A stretch of 64,000 nt of DNA from Parcubacteria group bacterium. GTDB taxonomy: Bacteria; Patescibacteriota; Patescibacteriia; UBA1558; GWA2-36-10. Position numbers and translations under genes: made by a program. The notes under the pieces were generated by a model. The model saw nothing but the letters and a program-made list of their open reading frames with translations. It did not search any database and had not been told where the DNA came from. Positions 35,073 to 43,982 of this stretch are shown piece by piece (position 1 is the first letter of the stretch; the number at the start of each line of letters is the position of its first letter). The stretch is from NCBI GenBank assembly GCA_003104935.1, contig PQAE01000002.1, positions 3,527-67,526 of the forward strand. Reading direction: 5' to 3'.

Positions 35073-36079
35073 ATATTGACCTCCGCCCCGTTTTTCTCCA
35101 ACGATAAATTAATGGCTTCCAGAATCTTGACTATTTTCAGCCCGGCGGCTCCGTCAGTCAGCGGCTGTTTATTGTTAATAATACAATCAATAAAATGTTC
35201 ACACTCTGTTTTGAGGGCTTCTTTTTGGTCTAATTTTGGAATGTAGGTATCTCCTTCCCGATATAAGGGCCAAAACATATTATTTGTATCATAATTCAGA
35301 GTAACGCTCTTATCATAAATTTTTACTTTTTCTACGGGCTCAATATCGTCGTATAAAATCATCTTTTTACTACCGCCGATCATCATCTGACGGATTTTCA
35401 GCGGAGATAGCCAGCTGACAAATATGTAGACCGAAAATCTGTGATTGAAACGGAGCATAATATGCATCATTTCTTCCTTATTCTTGCCCAGGTGTGCGGT
35501 GCCGATAGCTGATACCCGGTCCGGCACTTCTCCGATCAGATAATCCATGATGGACAAGTCATGAACCGCCAGATCCCAGGCCACATTGACGTCTTCCTGG
35601 ATCAGACCCAAATTTATCCTTTGCGAACTAAAATAATACAAATCGCCCAATTCATTATTAACAATCATTTCCTTGATTTTTTTTATTGCGCCGGTATAGA
35701 GAAAGGTGTGGTCAACCATCAAAATTTTATTTTTTGCTTTAGCCAAGTCAATTAACCGCTGTGCTTCTTGAGCCGTGCTGGTCATAGGTTTCTCCAGCAG
35801 CACATGTTTATTATTTTCCAGCGCCTTACTGGCCAGAGCAAAGTGACTGTGCACCGGCGTAGCGATGACAATAGCCTCAATCTCGGGATTATTTATCAGA
35901 TCTTCATAATTTTTGGTAAAATTAACGGCCGGATAAAATTTCTTCATCTTATCCAGATTCTCCTGCTTTAGATCACAAACAGCCAGGACGCTGACGCTGT
36001 CCAGTTGAAAAAAATTTCTCAGTAGATTCGGCCCCCAATAACCCACACCCACTAAAGCGATATTGACTTTCTTGTCCAT
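35069..36079 (-). CDS. Gfo/Idh/MocA-family NAD-dependent oxidoreductase (WbpB/WlbA-like nucleotide-sugar dehydrogenase)
   Basis: IALVGVGYWGPNLLRNF (Rossmann), ...EKPMTS... and an alpha/beta C-terminal domain. The gene order (oxidoreductase-formyltransferase-aminotransferase) is contiguous. Confidence 0.85.
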   Translation of the reverse strand: MDKKVNIALVGVGYWGPNLLRNFFQLDSVSVLAVCDLKQENLDKMKKFYPAVNFTKNYEDLINNPEIEAIVIATPVHSHFALASKALENNKHVLLEKPMTSTAQEAQRLIDLAKAKNKILMVDHTFLYTGAIKKIKEMIVNNELGDLYYFSSQRINLGLIQEDVNVAWDLAVHDLSIMDYLIGEVPDRVSAIGTAHLGKNKEEMMHIMLRFNHRFSVYIFVSWLSPLKIRQMMIGGSKKMILYDDIEPVEKVKIYDKSVTLNYDTNNMFWPLYREGDTYIPKLDQKEALKTECEHFIDCIINNKQPLTDGAAGLKIVKILEAINLSLEKNGAEVNI

Positions 36080-36085
36080 AAATAA

Positions 36086-36871
36086 TTAATTATCCTGATT
36101 AATATTCTTGCTATTATCAAGTAAATTGCTCTGAGATTGGCTAATCTTAATGATTATACCCTGTGCAAATAATTTTGGAAATACCCTACTAAGCAGAGGC
36201 AGACCCTGGTATAATTTGAGCTGATCCAACTGCAGACCCAGATTTCTTACCCACCAGCGGGCATCGGCGGCCGTCCAAAAACGCAAGTGTTCGCCGGGAT
36301 GACTGACCCACTGCAGGGGAAATTTACCGCCGAGCAGGCGCAGACGATGTAAATAATAGCCGGTATTGGGAAAAGAGAAAATCATTGCCCGAGTAGCCTT
36401 ACCTTTGACGGCCATGATAAATTCCTCGGGATTGGGCAAATGTTCCAATATTTCAAACCCTAAGATATAGGCACCGGACGGAATTTTCGCCAGTTGTGAC
36501 AAATCGGCCAAATCAACATTTACCGTTTCCAACCCGTTTTTTTTGGCGGCCGCTAAAACTAAATCATTAAAATCCACGCAAATTCCTCTGATGTCAACTT
36601 TACTCTTAATGTATTTTAAGACTTCGCCGTCTCCGCCGCCCAGATCCACTATCACCTCGCCGGGTTTTAAAAACTGTGCGACGTAATCAGCCCTTTCCTT
36701 TTGCCAGCTGGTCAGAGCCGCGTGGTAATCCTGACCGCGACGTTTTTTCCAATACTCATCATAATTAAGGCGATAACCCTGCGACAAATCAACCGACGGA
36801 TAAGCATTGAGTGCTTTCAGGTCGCCCCGAAGCTTATAAAAAAAGAATTTAATTTTTTTGATAATATTCAT
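36086..36871 (-). CDS. Class I SAM-dependent methyltransferase
   Basis: Motif I VIVDLGGGDGEVLKYI and downstream acidic-loop motifs are present. Confidence 0.6.
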   Translation of the reverse strand: MNIIKKIKFFFYKLRGDLKALNAYPSVDLSQGYRLNYDEYWKKRRGQDYHAALTSWQKERADYVAQFLKPGEVIVDLGGGDGEVLKYIKSKVDIRGICVDFNDLVLAAAKKNGLETVNVDLADLSQLAKIPSGAYILGFEILEHLPNPEEFIMAVKGKATRAMIFSFPNTGYYLHRLRLLGGKFPLQWVSHPGEHLRFWTAADARWWVRNLGLQLDQLKLYQGLPLLSRVFPKLFAQGIIIKISQSQSNLLDNSKNINQDN

Positions 36872-37949
36872 AATATTTACTTACGGTCTGACGCCAAGAA
36901 AATTCACCGGCGAAATTTCTTGAATTTTCTGCTAACTTTTTTTTATCTTGTTTTAACAACAATTTTATTCTGTCAGCCACATCATCGTGATCGTGCTGTC
37001 CAACCAGATAACCGTTGTAACCGTCGCGCAAAGCATCCTCGATGCCACAATCACGGCTGGCGATGACCGGCAGTCCAAAGCAAGCCGCTTCTAATAATAC
37101 TAAACCAAAACCTTCAAAAGAATCCCCGGTGTTATTGGAGTTTAATAAAAAAATATCGCTAATCTGGTAAAAAAAAGATAATATTTTATCATCGGCGGCG
37201 CCGATAATTTCTATTTTATCCGCAATATTTTCTGTAGCGGCAAAATCTTTAATTAATCTGATATAATTTTTATCCACATCGGAACCAATCATAAAATATT
37301 TAAATTTAGGGTACTCTCTTTTTAATTTGCTGATGGCCTGAAGACTGTCGTATTGGCCTTTTCTGTTTTTTAAAGAACCGACGGTTAAAAAAATCGGATA
37401 TTCATCATTAATTTTATATTTTATTTTATACTGTCCAATTTCCAAATCTGATATTAATGGTAAATCGGGTACCCCTAGAAAAACTGTCAAAATATTATTT
37501 AATTTGATCTTCCCAAGGATTTTCTTTTTTGTATAATTGCTAATGCAAAAAATGTTTTTGGCCCGGCGATAAGCCAGTGATAATAAAAAAGCCTTTGCTA
37601 AATTATTAAACGGCTCAACCGAATACGTGCCCACTCCGTTGATAAACAACTTTTTTTTGGTCCCCCAGACCGCCGCGTAACCATAAACAGCATATGGCCA
37701 GCCGTCAAATGCGTGCACGATATCACTGGAGCGGGCCAGCTTTCTAACTCTGAAAAGATTGCGGAAAAAATTCGCCACATTATCCAGAGACAATAAAATA
37801 TTATCTTCGTTCCCACATTTTCCATAACCCTTATCGGTGATCACGCGACAATCAATACTAAAATTTGGATACTCGCTGATAATCGCCGAAGAGTACCGTC
37901 CCCAACCGGACTGCTTATTGATATTGCTGGTGATAACCGTTAACTGCAT
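36849..37949 (-). CDS. Glycosyltransferase family 4 (GT-B)
   Basis: The C-terminal EX7E region is FEGFGLVLLEAACFGLPVIASRDCGIEDALRDGYNGYLV. Confidence 0.8.
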   Translation of the reverse strand: MQLTVITSNINKQSGWGRYSSAIISEYPNFSIDCRVITDKGYGKCGNEDNILLSLDNVANFFRNLFRVRKLARSSDIVHAFDGWPYAVYGYAAVWGTKKKLFINGVGTYSVEPFNNLAKAFLLSLAYRRAKNIFCISNYTKKKILGKIKLNNILTVFLGVPDLPLISDLEIGQYKIKYKINDEYPIFLTVGSLKNRKGQYDSLQAISKLKREYPKFKYFMIGSDVDKNYIRLIKDFAATENIADKIEIIGAADDKILSFFYQISDIFLLNSNNTGDSFEGFGLVLLEAACFGLPVIASRDCGIEDALRDGYNGYLVGQHDHDDVADRIKLLLKQDKKKLAENSRNFAGEFSWRQTVSKYYEYYQKN

Positions 37950-37950
37950 T

Positions 37951-38922
37951 TTATTTTTTTAATCTTTCCAAATCGGCGTCAACCATCATCTGCACTAGCT
38001 GAGTAAAGTTCACCTGGGGTTTCCAATTTAATTTCGCCTGGGCTTTATCGCTTTTGCCCTGCAGAGTAAACAGCTCGGCCGGGCGTTTAAAACGCGGGTC
38101 GATCTGTACATAGCTGGACCAATTATTGATGCCGACGCGCTCAAAAGCAATATCCAAAAAATCCCTAATGCTGTGAGTCTGGCCGGTAGAAATAATATAA
38201 TTGTCCGCTTCCGGCTCTTGCATCATCAACCACATGGCTTCCACATAATCTCCGGCAAAACCCCAATCCCTTTTACTGTCCAAGTTACCCAATTTAATTT
38301 CTTTGGCTAAACCCAATTTGATCCGGGCCACGCCGTCGCTAATCTTTCGTGAGACAAATTCCAGTCCTCTGATCGGAGATTCGTGGTTAAACAATATGCC
38401 GTTGACGCAAAACATGCTAAAACTCTCCTTAAAATTTACGGTCATCCAATAGGCAAAAAGTTTGGAAATAGCATAGGGACTGCGGGGATGAAAAGGTGTA
38501 TCTTCCGTCTGCAAGCCGTCAATATTACTATTACCAAACATTTCACTGGTAGCGGCGTGATAAAACTTGGCCGCAGGGCAATGATTTTTCACGGCGTTGA
38601 GCAATTTTAATGTGCCCATAGCATTGATCTCGGAGGTGACGATGGGCTGATCCCAGGAGGTGCCGACAAATGACTGGGCGGCCAGATGATAGACTTCATC
38701 CGGCTTAATAGTCCGGACAACGTGGGTGAGCGAAGCTTCATCGGTCAGGTCACCGTCCACATATTCAATATTTTTTTCCACTCCCAAATAGGTTAAATTG
38801 GAAAAAGACCGATTAACTATTCTTCTCACCAAGCCGTAAACTTCATAACCTTTGGACAGAAGCAATTTGGCCAGATAGGCTCCGTCTTGCCCGGTGATGC
38901 CCGTGATTAATGCTTTTTTCAT
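37951..38922 (-). CDS. gmd: GDP-mannose 4,6-dehydratase
   Basis: KALITGITGQDGAYLAKLLLSKGYEVYGLVRR...YHLAAQSFV...SEMFG...SPYAISKLFAYW is a near-canonical Gmd signature. Confidence 0.9.
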   Translation of the reverse strand: MKKALITGITGQDGAYLAKLLLSKGYEVYGLVRRIVNRSFSNLTYLGVEKNIEYVDGDLTDEASLTHVVRTIKPDEVYHLAAQSFVGTSWDQPIVTSEINAMGTLKLLNAVKNHCPAAKFYHAATSEMFGNSNIDGLQTEDTPFHPRSPYAISKLFAYWMTVNFKESFSMFCVNGILFNHESPIRGLEFVSRKISDGVARIKLGLAKEIKLGNLDSKRDWGFAGDYVEAMWLMMQEPEADNYIISTGQTHSIRDFLDIAFERVGINNWSSYVQIDPRFKRPAELFTLQGKSDKAQAKLNWKPQVNFTQLVQMMVDADLERLKK

Positions 38923-38931
38923 AAAATTATA

Positions 38932-39546
38932 TTATTTACTTTTTCTACCACAAAAATAAACTCCGTTGTGGATGGCACTGCCCGAGGGCGCAAAATATCC
39001 GGCTGATATTTCCTGAAAATCCTTGAGCCATAGTTTCAAGCCCGGCAAAGTCACGCGCCAATAATCGGTCGGCGAGGGATGGTAATGCTGATTAAACGGT
39101 ATTTCTACCCAGATCAGGCCGCCGCTTTTTAAGACCCGTGTTAGCTCGCTGATGGCTTTGAGGGGGTTTTCGACGTGCTCCAGGACGGCATTACAAACCG
39201 CCACGTCAAACTTATTATCCTCAAATTTTAAATCATGGATATCATAGTTATAATCGATATAAGGAGATTTATCAAATAGGTCCACGCTAACCCAGTGGGA
39301 CCCAAATTTTTTCTTACGCACTCCTATCTGCAGGCAACTCTTGTTTTCCCCGGCCGCCAGTAGCTCGTTAAAAGCCCTCTCTTTTTCCTTATTCTTGTAA
39401 GGCAATTTCCGGGCCGTGCGGCGGTATAACATCAGATACCATAAATCAGGAGAAAGCCTATAAAGACTAGAGGAAATAATTTTTTTTACAGCTGACATAA
39501 TAAAGATTATTCTATCTATTAACTTTATAAATAAAGAAGTCGTCAA
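38932..39546 (-). CDS. Class I SAM-dependent methyltransferase (Methyltransf_11-like)
   Basis: CLQIGV...DVAVCNAVLEHVENPLKAISELTRVLKSGGLIWVEIP. Confidence 0.7.
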   Translation of the reverse strand: MTTSLFIKLIDRIIFIMSAVKKIISSSLYRLSPDLWYLMLYRRTARKLPYKNKEKERAFNELLAAGENKSCLQIGVRKKKFGSHWVSVDLFDKSPYIDYNYDIHDLKFEDNKFDVAVCNAVLEHVENPLKAISELTRVLKSGGLIWVEIPFNQHYHPSPTDYWRVTLPGLKLWLKDFQEISAGYFAPSGSAIHNGVYFCGRKSK

Positions 39547-41218
39547 TATTAGCCACTAGTTGGGCAAAACCCATATCCTCCTGTTTCCATAGATCCGACC
39601 GACTGTCAAAGACAAGATAATCAACCCGGTACTTGGCCAAATTTTTTAAAAATGTTTGCGCTTTAATTTTGGTGGCTAAGGCCAAAAAATCTTCAATCTT
39701 ATTAGCCGGAATTGGTTCGTAGTCTTGGGTGGGTAAAAATAGCAACTTCCTTAATTTATTTTTGCTCTGATTATGGTTATACTCGTCCCGATAATGCGCT
39801 CCCCAGATAAACCGCTCGTTGGCTTTTACAAAATCCAAGGTAATATTGTTATAATAATTATTGATAATTAGTCTTTCCGCTACTTCTTGATCCGATAAAA
39901 AAAACAGATTGGCTTCCCGGGCATAAAAAACATTGTCCGCCGTATAGAGCGGCACCAATCCGCTCATAGCCTGATTGGCATAAATCACGCTGTCGGGGGA
40001 AGTATTTTTATTTAGCCAGTCAAAGACCGCCGCATATCGCTGCTGATCCAGCTCCCAATCATAAGCCCGAGCGGTCTTGCTGACTAGCTGACCGGCCTTA
40101 ATAACTGACCAGGCCGATACCAGAATAAATAATACTGTAAGGACAGACGCTCTATATCGGCTTAGTTTGGTATTAGCAAATATCTTGTGCAATAAATAGG
40201 CGGCGGTATAGACATACCAAACTATCGCCAGATAGAGATAGTGGCTGGAAAATTCCAGATTTTTCCCGGTAACAATATGCTGATTAACACAGATCACTAC
40301 GGCAATCAGTCCGCTGGCTAGTAGCAAAGAGGTTTTACTGCCGGTAATTATTTTTCGCCGAAGGCAAATAAACCATACCAGTAAAAATATCCCCGACAAT
40401 GCCACTAAGCTAACACCCGAGGGAAAGTGCGTATTGATCATGCCCAATCTGTAAAGAGACTCCTGATAAGCGGGATTCTGCATACTGTGGTACAACGATA
40501 CAAAATAAGGAATACCGATCACCGCCGCCCCTAGGATAATATACAGGAAGGGTTTAAAATTAAATTTTCTAGTCTGGATCAATCCCAATAAAATAAAAAC
40601 CGCTGTTAGTACCACATAAAAAGTCCAAAAATATGGATAAAAATGAAACAAAAGACCAAAGGTGAAAATGGTAGCGATTAGAAATTTTTTTTCTTTCAAC
40701 TTTATATATTTTATAAAAAATAAGAGCGTCAGTAACCAAAAAATAAAAATAAACTGCGGACTGGTCGGACGACTAAAAAAATATAAAAGATAGCCCAAGT
40801 GCAGAAATATCGCTCCGCCCAGAGACAAAATTTTGTCCCTGGTTAAGGCGTAAATTATAAAATAGCTCAGCCCGGTCAAAATTAAAGGAAATATAAAATC
40901 GTATATCGTAAAACCTCGTTCAATGCTGATATGAAAGAAACTCAGTGGCTTGGCTAAAAGATAATCCGGCAACCAGACTTGCATAGCATCGCCGTTTTTA
41001 TGTTCCCAGAGATACGGATTGGCTAAAAAAGTGTGCCCGTCACTAACATCTTTGGCTCGCGCCAAATAATAAACTTCGTCGTCGTTGCTGACGGGATAAA
41101 TACCCTGGAATTTAGTCCCCATTTTTTGGATGGCAATATATTGGGGAACACAAGTAAGCAGGCCTACCAATAAGGCCAAGGCCAACGCTAGATAGTGTTT
41201 TTTGATAAAATTAAACAT
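39512..41218 (-). CDS. GT-C fold integral-membrane glycosyltransferase (ArnT/PMT/YkcB-like), polyprenol-P-sugar dependent
   Basis: The 568-aa protein has about 12 TM helices and a roughly 200-aa C-terminal soluble domain. The first extracytoplasmic loop carries SNDDEVYYLARAKD, resembling the DE.(R)YA motif of GT39/GT83 enzymes. Confidence 0.5.
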   Translation of the reverse strand: MFNFIKKHYLALALALLVGLLTCVPQYIAIQKMGTKFQGIYPVSNDDEVYYLARAKDVSDGHTFLANPYLWEHKNGDAMQVWLPDYLLAKPLSFFHISIERGFTIYDFIFPLILTGLSYFIIYALTRDKILSLGGAIFLHLGYLLYFFSRPTSPQFIFIFWLLTLLFFIKYIKLKEKKFLIATIFTFGLLFHFYPYFWTFYVVLTAVFILLGLIQTRKFNFKPFLYIILGAAVIGIPYFVSLYHSMQNPAYQESLYRLGMINTHFPSGVSLVALSGIFLLVWFICLRRKIITGSKTSLLLASGLIAVVICVNQHIVTGKNLEFSSHYLYLAIVWYVYTAAYLLHKIFANTKLSRYRASVLTVLFILVSAWSVIKAGQLVSKTARAYDWELDQQRYAAVFDWLNKNTSPDSVIYANQAMSGLVPLYTADNVFYAREANLFFLSDQEVAERLIINNYYNNITLDFVKANERFIWGAHYRDEYNHNQSKNKLRKLLFLPTQDYEPIPANKIEDFLALATKIKAQTFLKNLAKYRVDYLVFDSRSDLWKQEDMGFAQLVANIDDFFIYKVNR

Positions 41219-42086
41219 TTTTTACCTTCTTTGCCATAATAAAAATATTATCCCGCAGATTAATATATAATGATAATTTTCTAAAAAATCCCCGGTTGAA
41301 ATGAATCGCCAGTTTTTCGAAAAAACCAAATTTTAGCCAGTGGTGTAAAATATTAAAGACATAGGCCAGGGAAAACTTCTTGCCGATAACCTTTATTTCC
41401 AGAACCTCAAAGCCGGTGCGGCTGAATAATTTATTTAAACTTTGGGACGAATAAAAAAATAAGTGTTCGGGCGGTATGATAGCGTGCCAGCGGCGGCCCA
41501 GCAGTTTGGCCCACCAGCTGCTCTTATTGATAGTATTAGCGGCCAACACCGCTCCAGTTTCCATAATGCGGTTCAGCTGGCTTAAATAAGCTACAGGATT
41601 TGGCAGATGCTCCATAACATCCCACATAGTCACGGCCGAAAATTTATCTCCTAGTCCAAGATTACTGATATCCGCCGCCGCTACGACCTGATGACCCCGC
41701 TGGGAAGCTTCTTGGGCGGCATAATCGGAAATATCCACTCCAAAAGTCTGCCAGCCGCGGGCTTTGGCCAGGTCCAAAAAGTAACCGGTGGCCGCGCCGA
41801 CATCGAAAATATTTCGCCCGGAGACCGACCGCTCTATTTTATCCAGATACTTTTCAAAAGTTTCGGCCATAGCCAGCTTATCCTGGTCATAGCTGACGTA
41901 ACCAAAATTATGTTTGACTCCTTGATTATTAAAATACTCACTACTATAAATATTTTTCAAATCCCGCGGCGTGGGCCAAACAAACAGCAATTGACAGTGG
42001 ACACAACTATACAAATCATAACTGCCTTTTTTAAAAGCCAACTTTATCTCAATGGACTTACAGATGGGACAAATTATTTTTTCCAT
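41211..42086 (-). CDS. Class I SAM-dependent methyltransferase with N-terminal zinc-ribbon (Methyltransf_23-like)
   Basis: CPICKS...CVHCQLLF precedes a SAM fold (IFDVGAATGYFLDLA...FGVDIS...VTMWDVMEHLPNP). Confidence 0.7.
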   Translation of the reverse strand: MEKIICPICKSIEIKLAFKKGSYDLYSCVHCQLLFVWPTPRDLKNIYSSEYFNNQGVKHNFGYVSYDQDKLAMAETFEKYLDKIERSVSGRNIFDVGAATGYFLDLAKARGWQTFGVDISDYAAQEASQRGHQVVAAADISNLGLGDKFSAVTMWDVMEHLPNPVAYLSQLNRIMETGAVLAANTINKSSWWAKLLGRRWHAIIPPEHLFFYSSQSLNKLFSRTGFEVLEIKVIGKKFSLAYVFNILHHWLKFGFFEKLAIHFNRGFFRKLSLYINLRDNIFIMAKKVKNV

Positions 42087-42802
42087 ATTCTCCGCAAAAA
42101 TAAACGCAATGGAGCCTTGATGCCCTCCCGGATTATCTGATGGGAAATCTTGGACTCCCCTTCCCGACGACTCTTAAAAATAATCGGCACTTCCTTGACG
42201 CGAGCTTTAAAATCATGAATCAAATAAAACTTTAATTCAATCAAAAAAGAATAGCCGGATGAGCCGATTTTTTCAAAAGCCAGGCGCTCCAGAAATTCCC
42301 GCCGGATGCACATAAAGCCGGCCGTAAAGTCATTGATCTTCAAGCCGGTAAAAAATTTGCTGTACATGTTGCCGAAACGGCTGAGAAACTTCCGCCAAGG
42401 CTCCCAGTCCTCGACGCCGCCGCCGGCCACATAACGCGAACCGATTACTAAATCATAATCAGAAATGTCAGTCAAAAGTTCTTTTAAATACTCGGGAGAA
42501 TGTGAGCCGTCGGCGTCCATGGTCAGTAAAGAACGGATATCCTGATCATGTATTAACTGCCGCATAGTATCTTTATAAGCGTTACCCAAGCCGGTTTTCT
42601 TCTCCCGGACGATAAGGGATAAATTTGGATAGCGGCTTGCAAGACCCCGGACTACCTCCGCGGTCTGATCAGGTGAATTGTCGTCAATCACTAAAACATG
42701 GATGTCCGGCACTAAGGAAAATATCTCCGGTATTATCCAAGCTACATTTTCTCTTTCATTATAAGTAGGTAAAAGAATAATGTCTTTCATTTTACATTTC
42801 AT
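42074..42802 (-). CDS. Polyprenol-phosphate glycosyltransferase, GT2 (dolichol-P-mannose synthase/ArnC-like)
   Basis: ILLPTYNERENV...VLVIDDNSPDQTAEVV...REKKTGLGNAYKDTM...MDADGSHSPEYL...SGYSFLIE is a typical DPM1/GtrB-type signature. The start was placed at an internal ATG to remove the N-terminal overlap. Confidence 0.8.
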   Translation of the reverse strand: MKCKMKDIILLPTYNERENVAWIIPEIFSLVPDIHVLVIDDNSPDQTAEVVRGLASRYPNLSLIVREKKTGLGNAYKDTMRQLIHDQDIRSLLTMDADGSHSPEYLKELLTDISDYDLVIGSRYVAGGGVEDWEPWRKFLSRFGNMYSKFFTGLKINDFTAGFMCIRREFLERLAFEKIGSSGYSFLIELKFYLIHDFKARVKEVPIIFKSRREGESKISHQIIREGIKAPLRLFLRRIWKK

Positions 42803-43982
42803 TAGCGACTCTTTCTTTAATAAAACCAATAATCGCTTTGGCCCGCTGATCCCAAGTATATTTTTCCACATCCTGTCTGGCTTGCCGGGCTAGGTCCTGT
42901 CCCAGTTTTGGATTGTTAATTAATGATTCCAGACCTTGACTAAGACTGGCCAAATTATCCGGAGCCACTAAGACCGCGCTACGCTCGTTTAAAATATCGC
43001 GGATAGATGGTAAATCAGTAGTAACTATAGGATTAGCCGTGGCCATATACTCAAACATTTTTAAGGGTGACATATAATAGCGGTAATGGAAATCATCAGG
43101 ATAATTCATCACCAAAATATCCGCCGCCAATTCATATTTGGCCAGCTGAGCTAGTGGCACATACTCCACCAACTGATAGCCGCTGGTCTCGCCCAAGAGC
43201 TTTTTCATGCCGGGCACTTGCCCTGGCTCTAAGCCGACTAAGAGTAAATAAATATCCGGATATTTTTGTCGTAGATTTTTAAAGCTGATGAGAATATTTT
43301 CAATTCCTTTGCTCTGGCTCATCGTAGTAAATTTTCCGGCGTAAGCAATAATCTTTTTATCCAAAGGCAGACCCAACTCCCGGCGCAATTGTTCTTTAGT
43401 TAAATTAACATTTTTAAATAAAGATAAATCCACGGCATCGGGGAAATACAGTATTTTTTCGCGCGGCACAGCAAACTTATCGGCTAATTCTGTCTGATAA
43501 TATTTTGTGATTACCACCAGACCGCGGCTACGAGTAAACACTTTTTTATAAGAACCAATCTTAGCCGGCTTGATATGGGTTTCCCAAAAAAAACTAAAGC
43601 GGTTAGGCAGTAGTTTTAAAAATAAAGCCATCTCTCCCCGACAATAAATAATCACCTGACCTGGCTGTGATAATAAATAAATAAGCAAAAACAAACCAAA
43701 ACTCAGAGCCGCTAAAGCAAAACGAAAGGGAAATCCATAGGGCAAAAAAGCCAGAGCAGGTAATCTCTTTACCGTAAAATTTCTCTCTATATCATAATAA
43801 GAAAAAATATCCTCGTTGGCTTTGCCTGGCTTAGGCGGCAACACTAAGGTCACCTCGGCTCCGCTTTTTGCCAAAGCTCCGCACATCTGGACCACATGAC
43901 TCCCGTGCGCCATCCGGTTCGGCAACGGAGAGTTAATGACGTATATTAATTTCATGTCACTATAGTAATTTTCTAAACACAA
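42792..43982 (-). CDS. Glycosyltransferase family 4 (GT-B)
   Basis: The N-terminal domain has KLIYVINSPLPNRMAHGSHVVQMCGALAKSGAEVTLV and the C-terminal domain has a GT-B sugar-donor binding fold. Confidence 0.7.
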   Translation of the reverse strand: MCLENYYSDMKLIYVINSPLPNRMAHGSHVVQMCGALAKSGAEVTLVLPPKPGKANEDIFSYYDIERNFTVKRLPALAFLPYGFPFRFALAALSFGLFLLIYLLSQPGQVIIYCRGEMALFLKLLPNRFSFFWETHIKPAKIGSYKKVFTRSRGLVVITKYYQTELADKFAVPREKILYFPDAVDLSLFKNVNLTKEQLRRELGLPLDKKIIAYAGKFTTMSQSKGIENILISFKNLRQKYPDIYLLLVGLEPGQVPGMKKLLGETSGYQLVEYVPLAQLAKYELAADILVMNYPDDFHYRYYMSPLKMFEYMATANPIVTTDLPSIRDILNERSAVLVAPDNLASLSQGLESLINNPKLGQDLARQARQDVEKYTWDQRAKAIIGFIKERVANEM

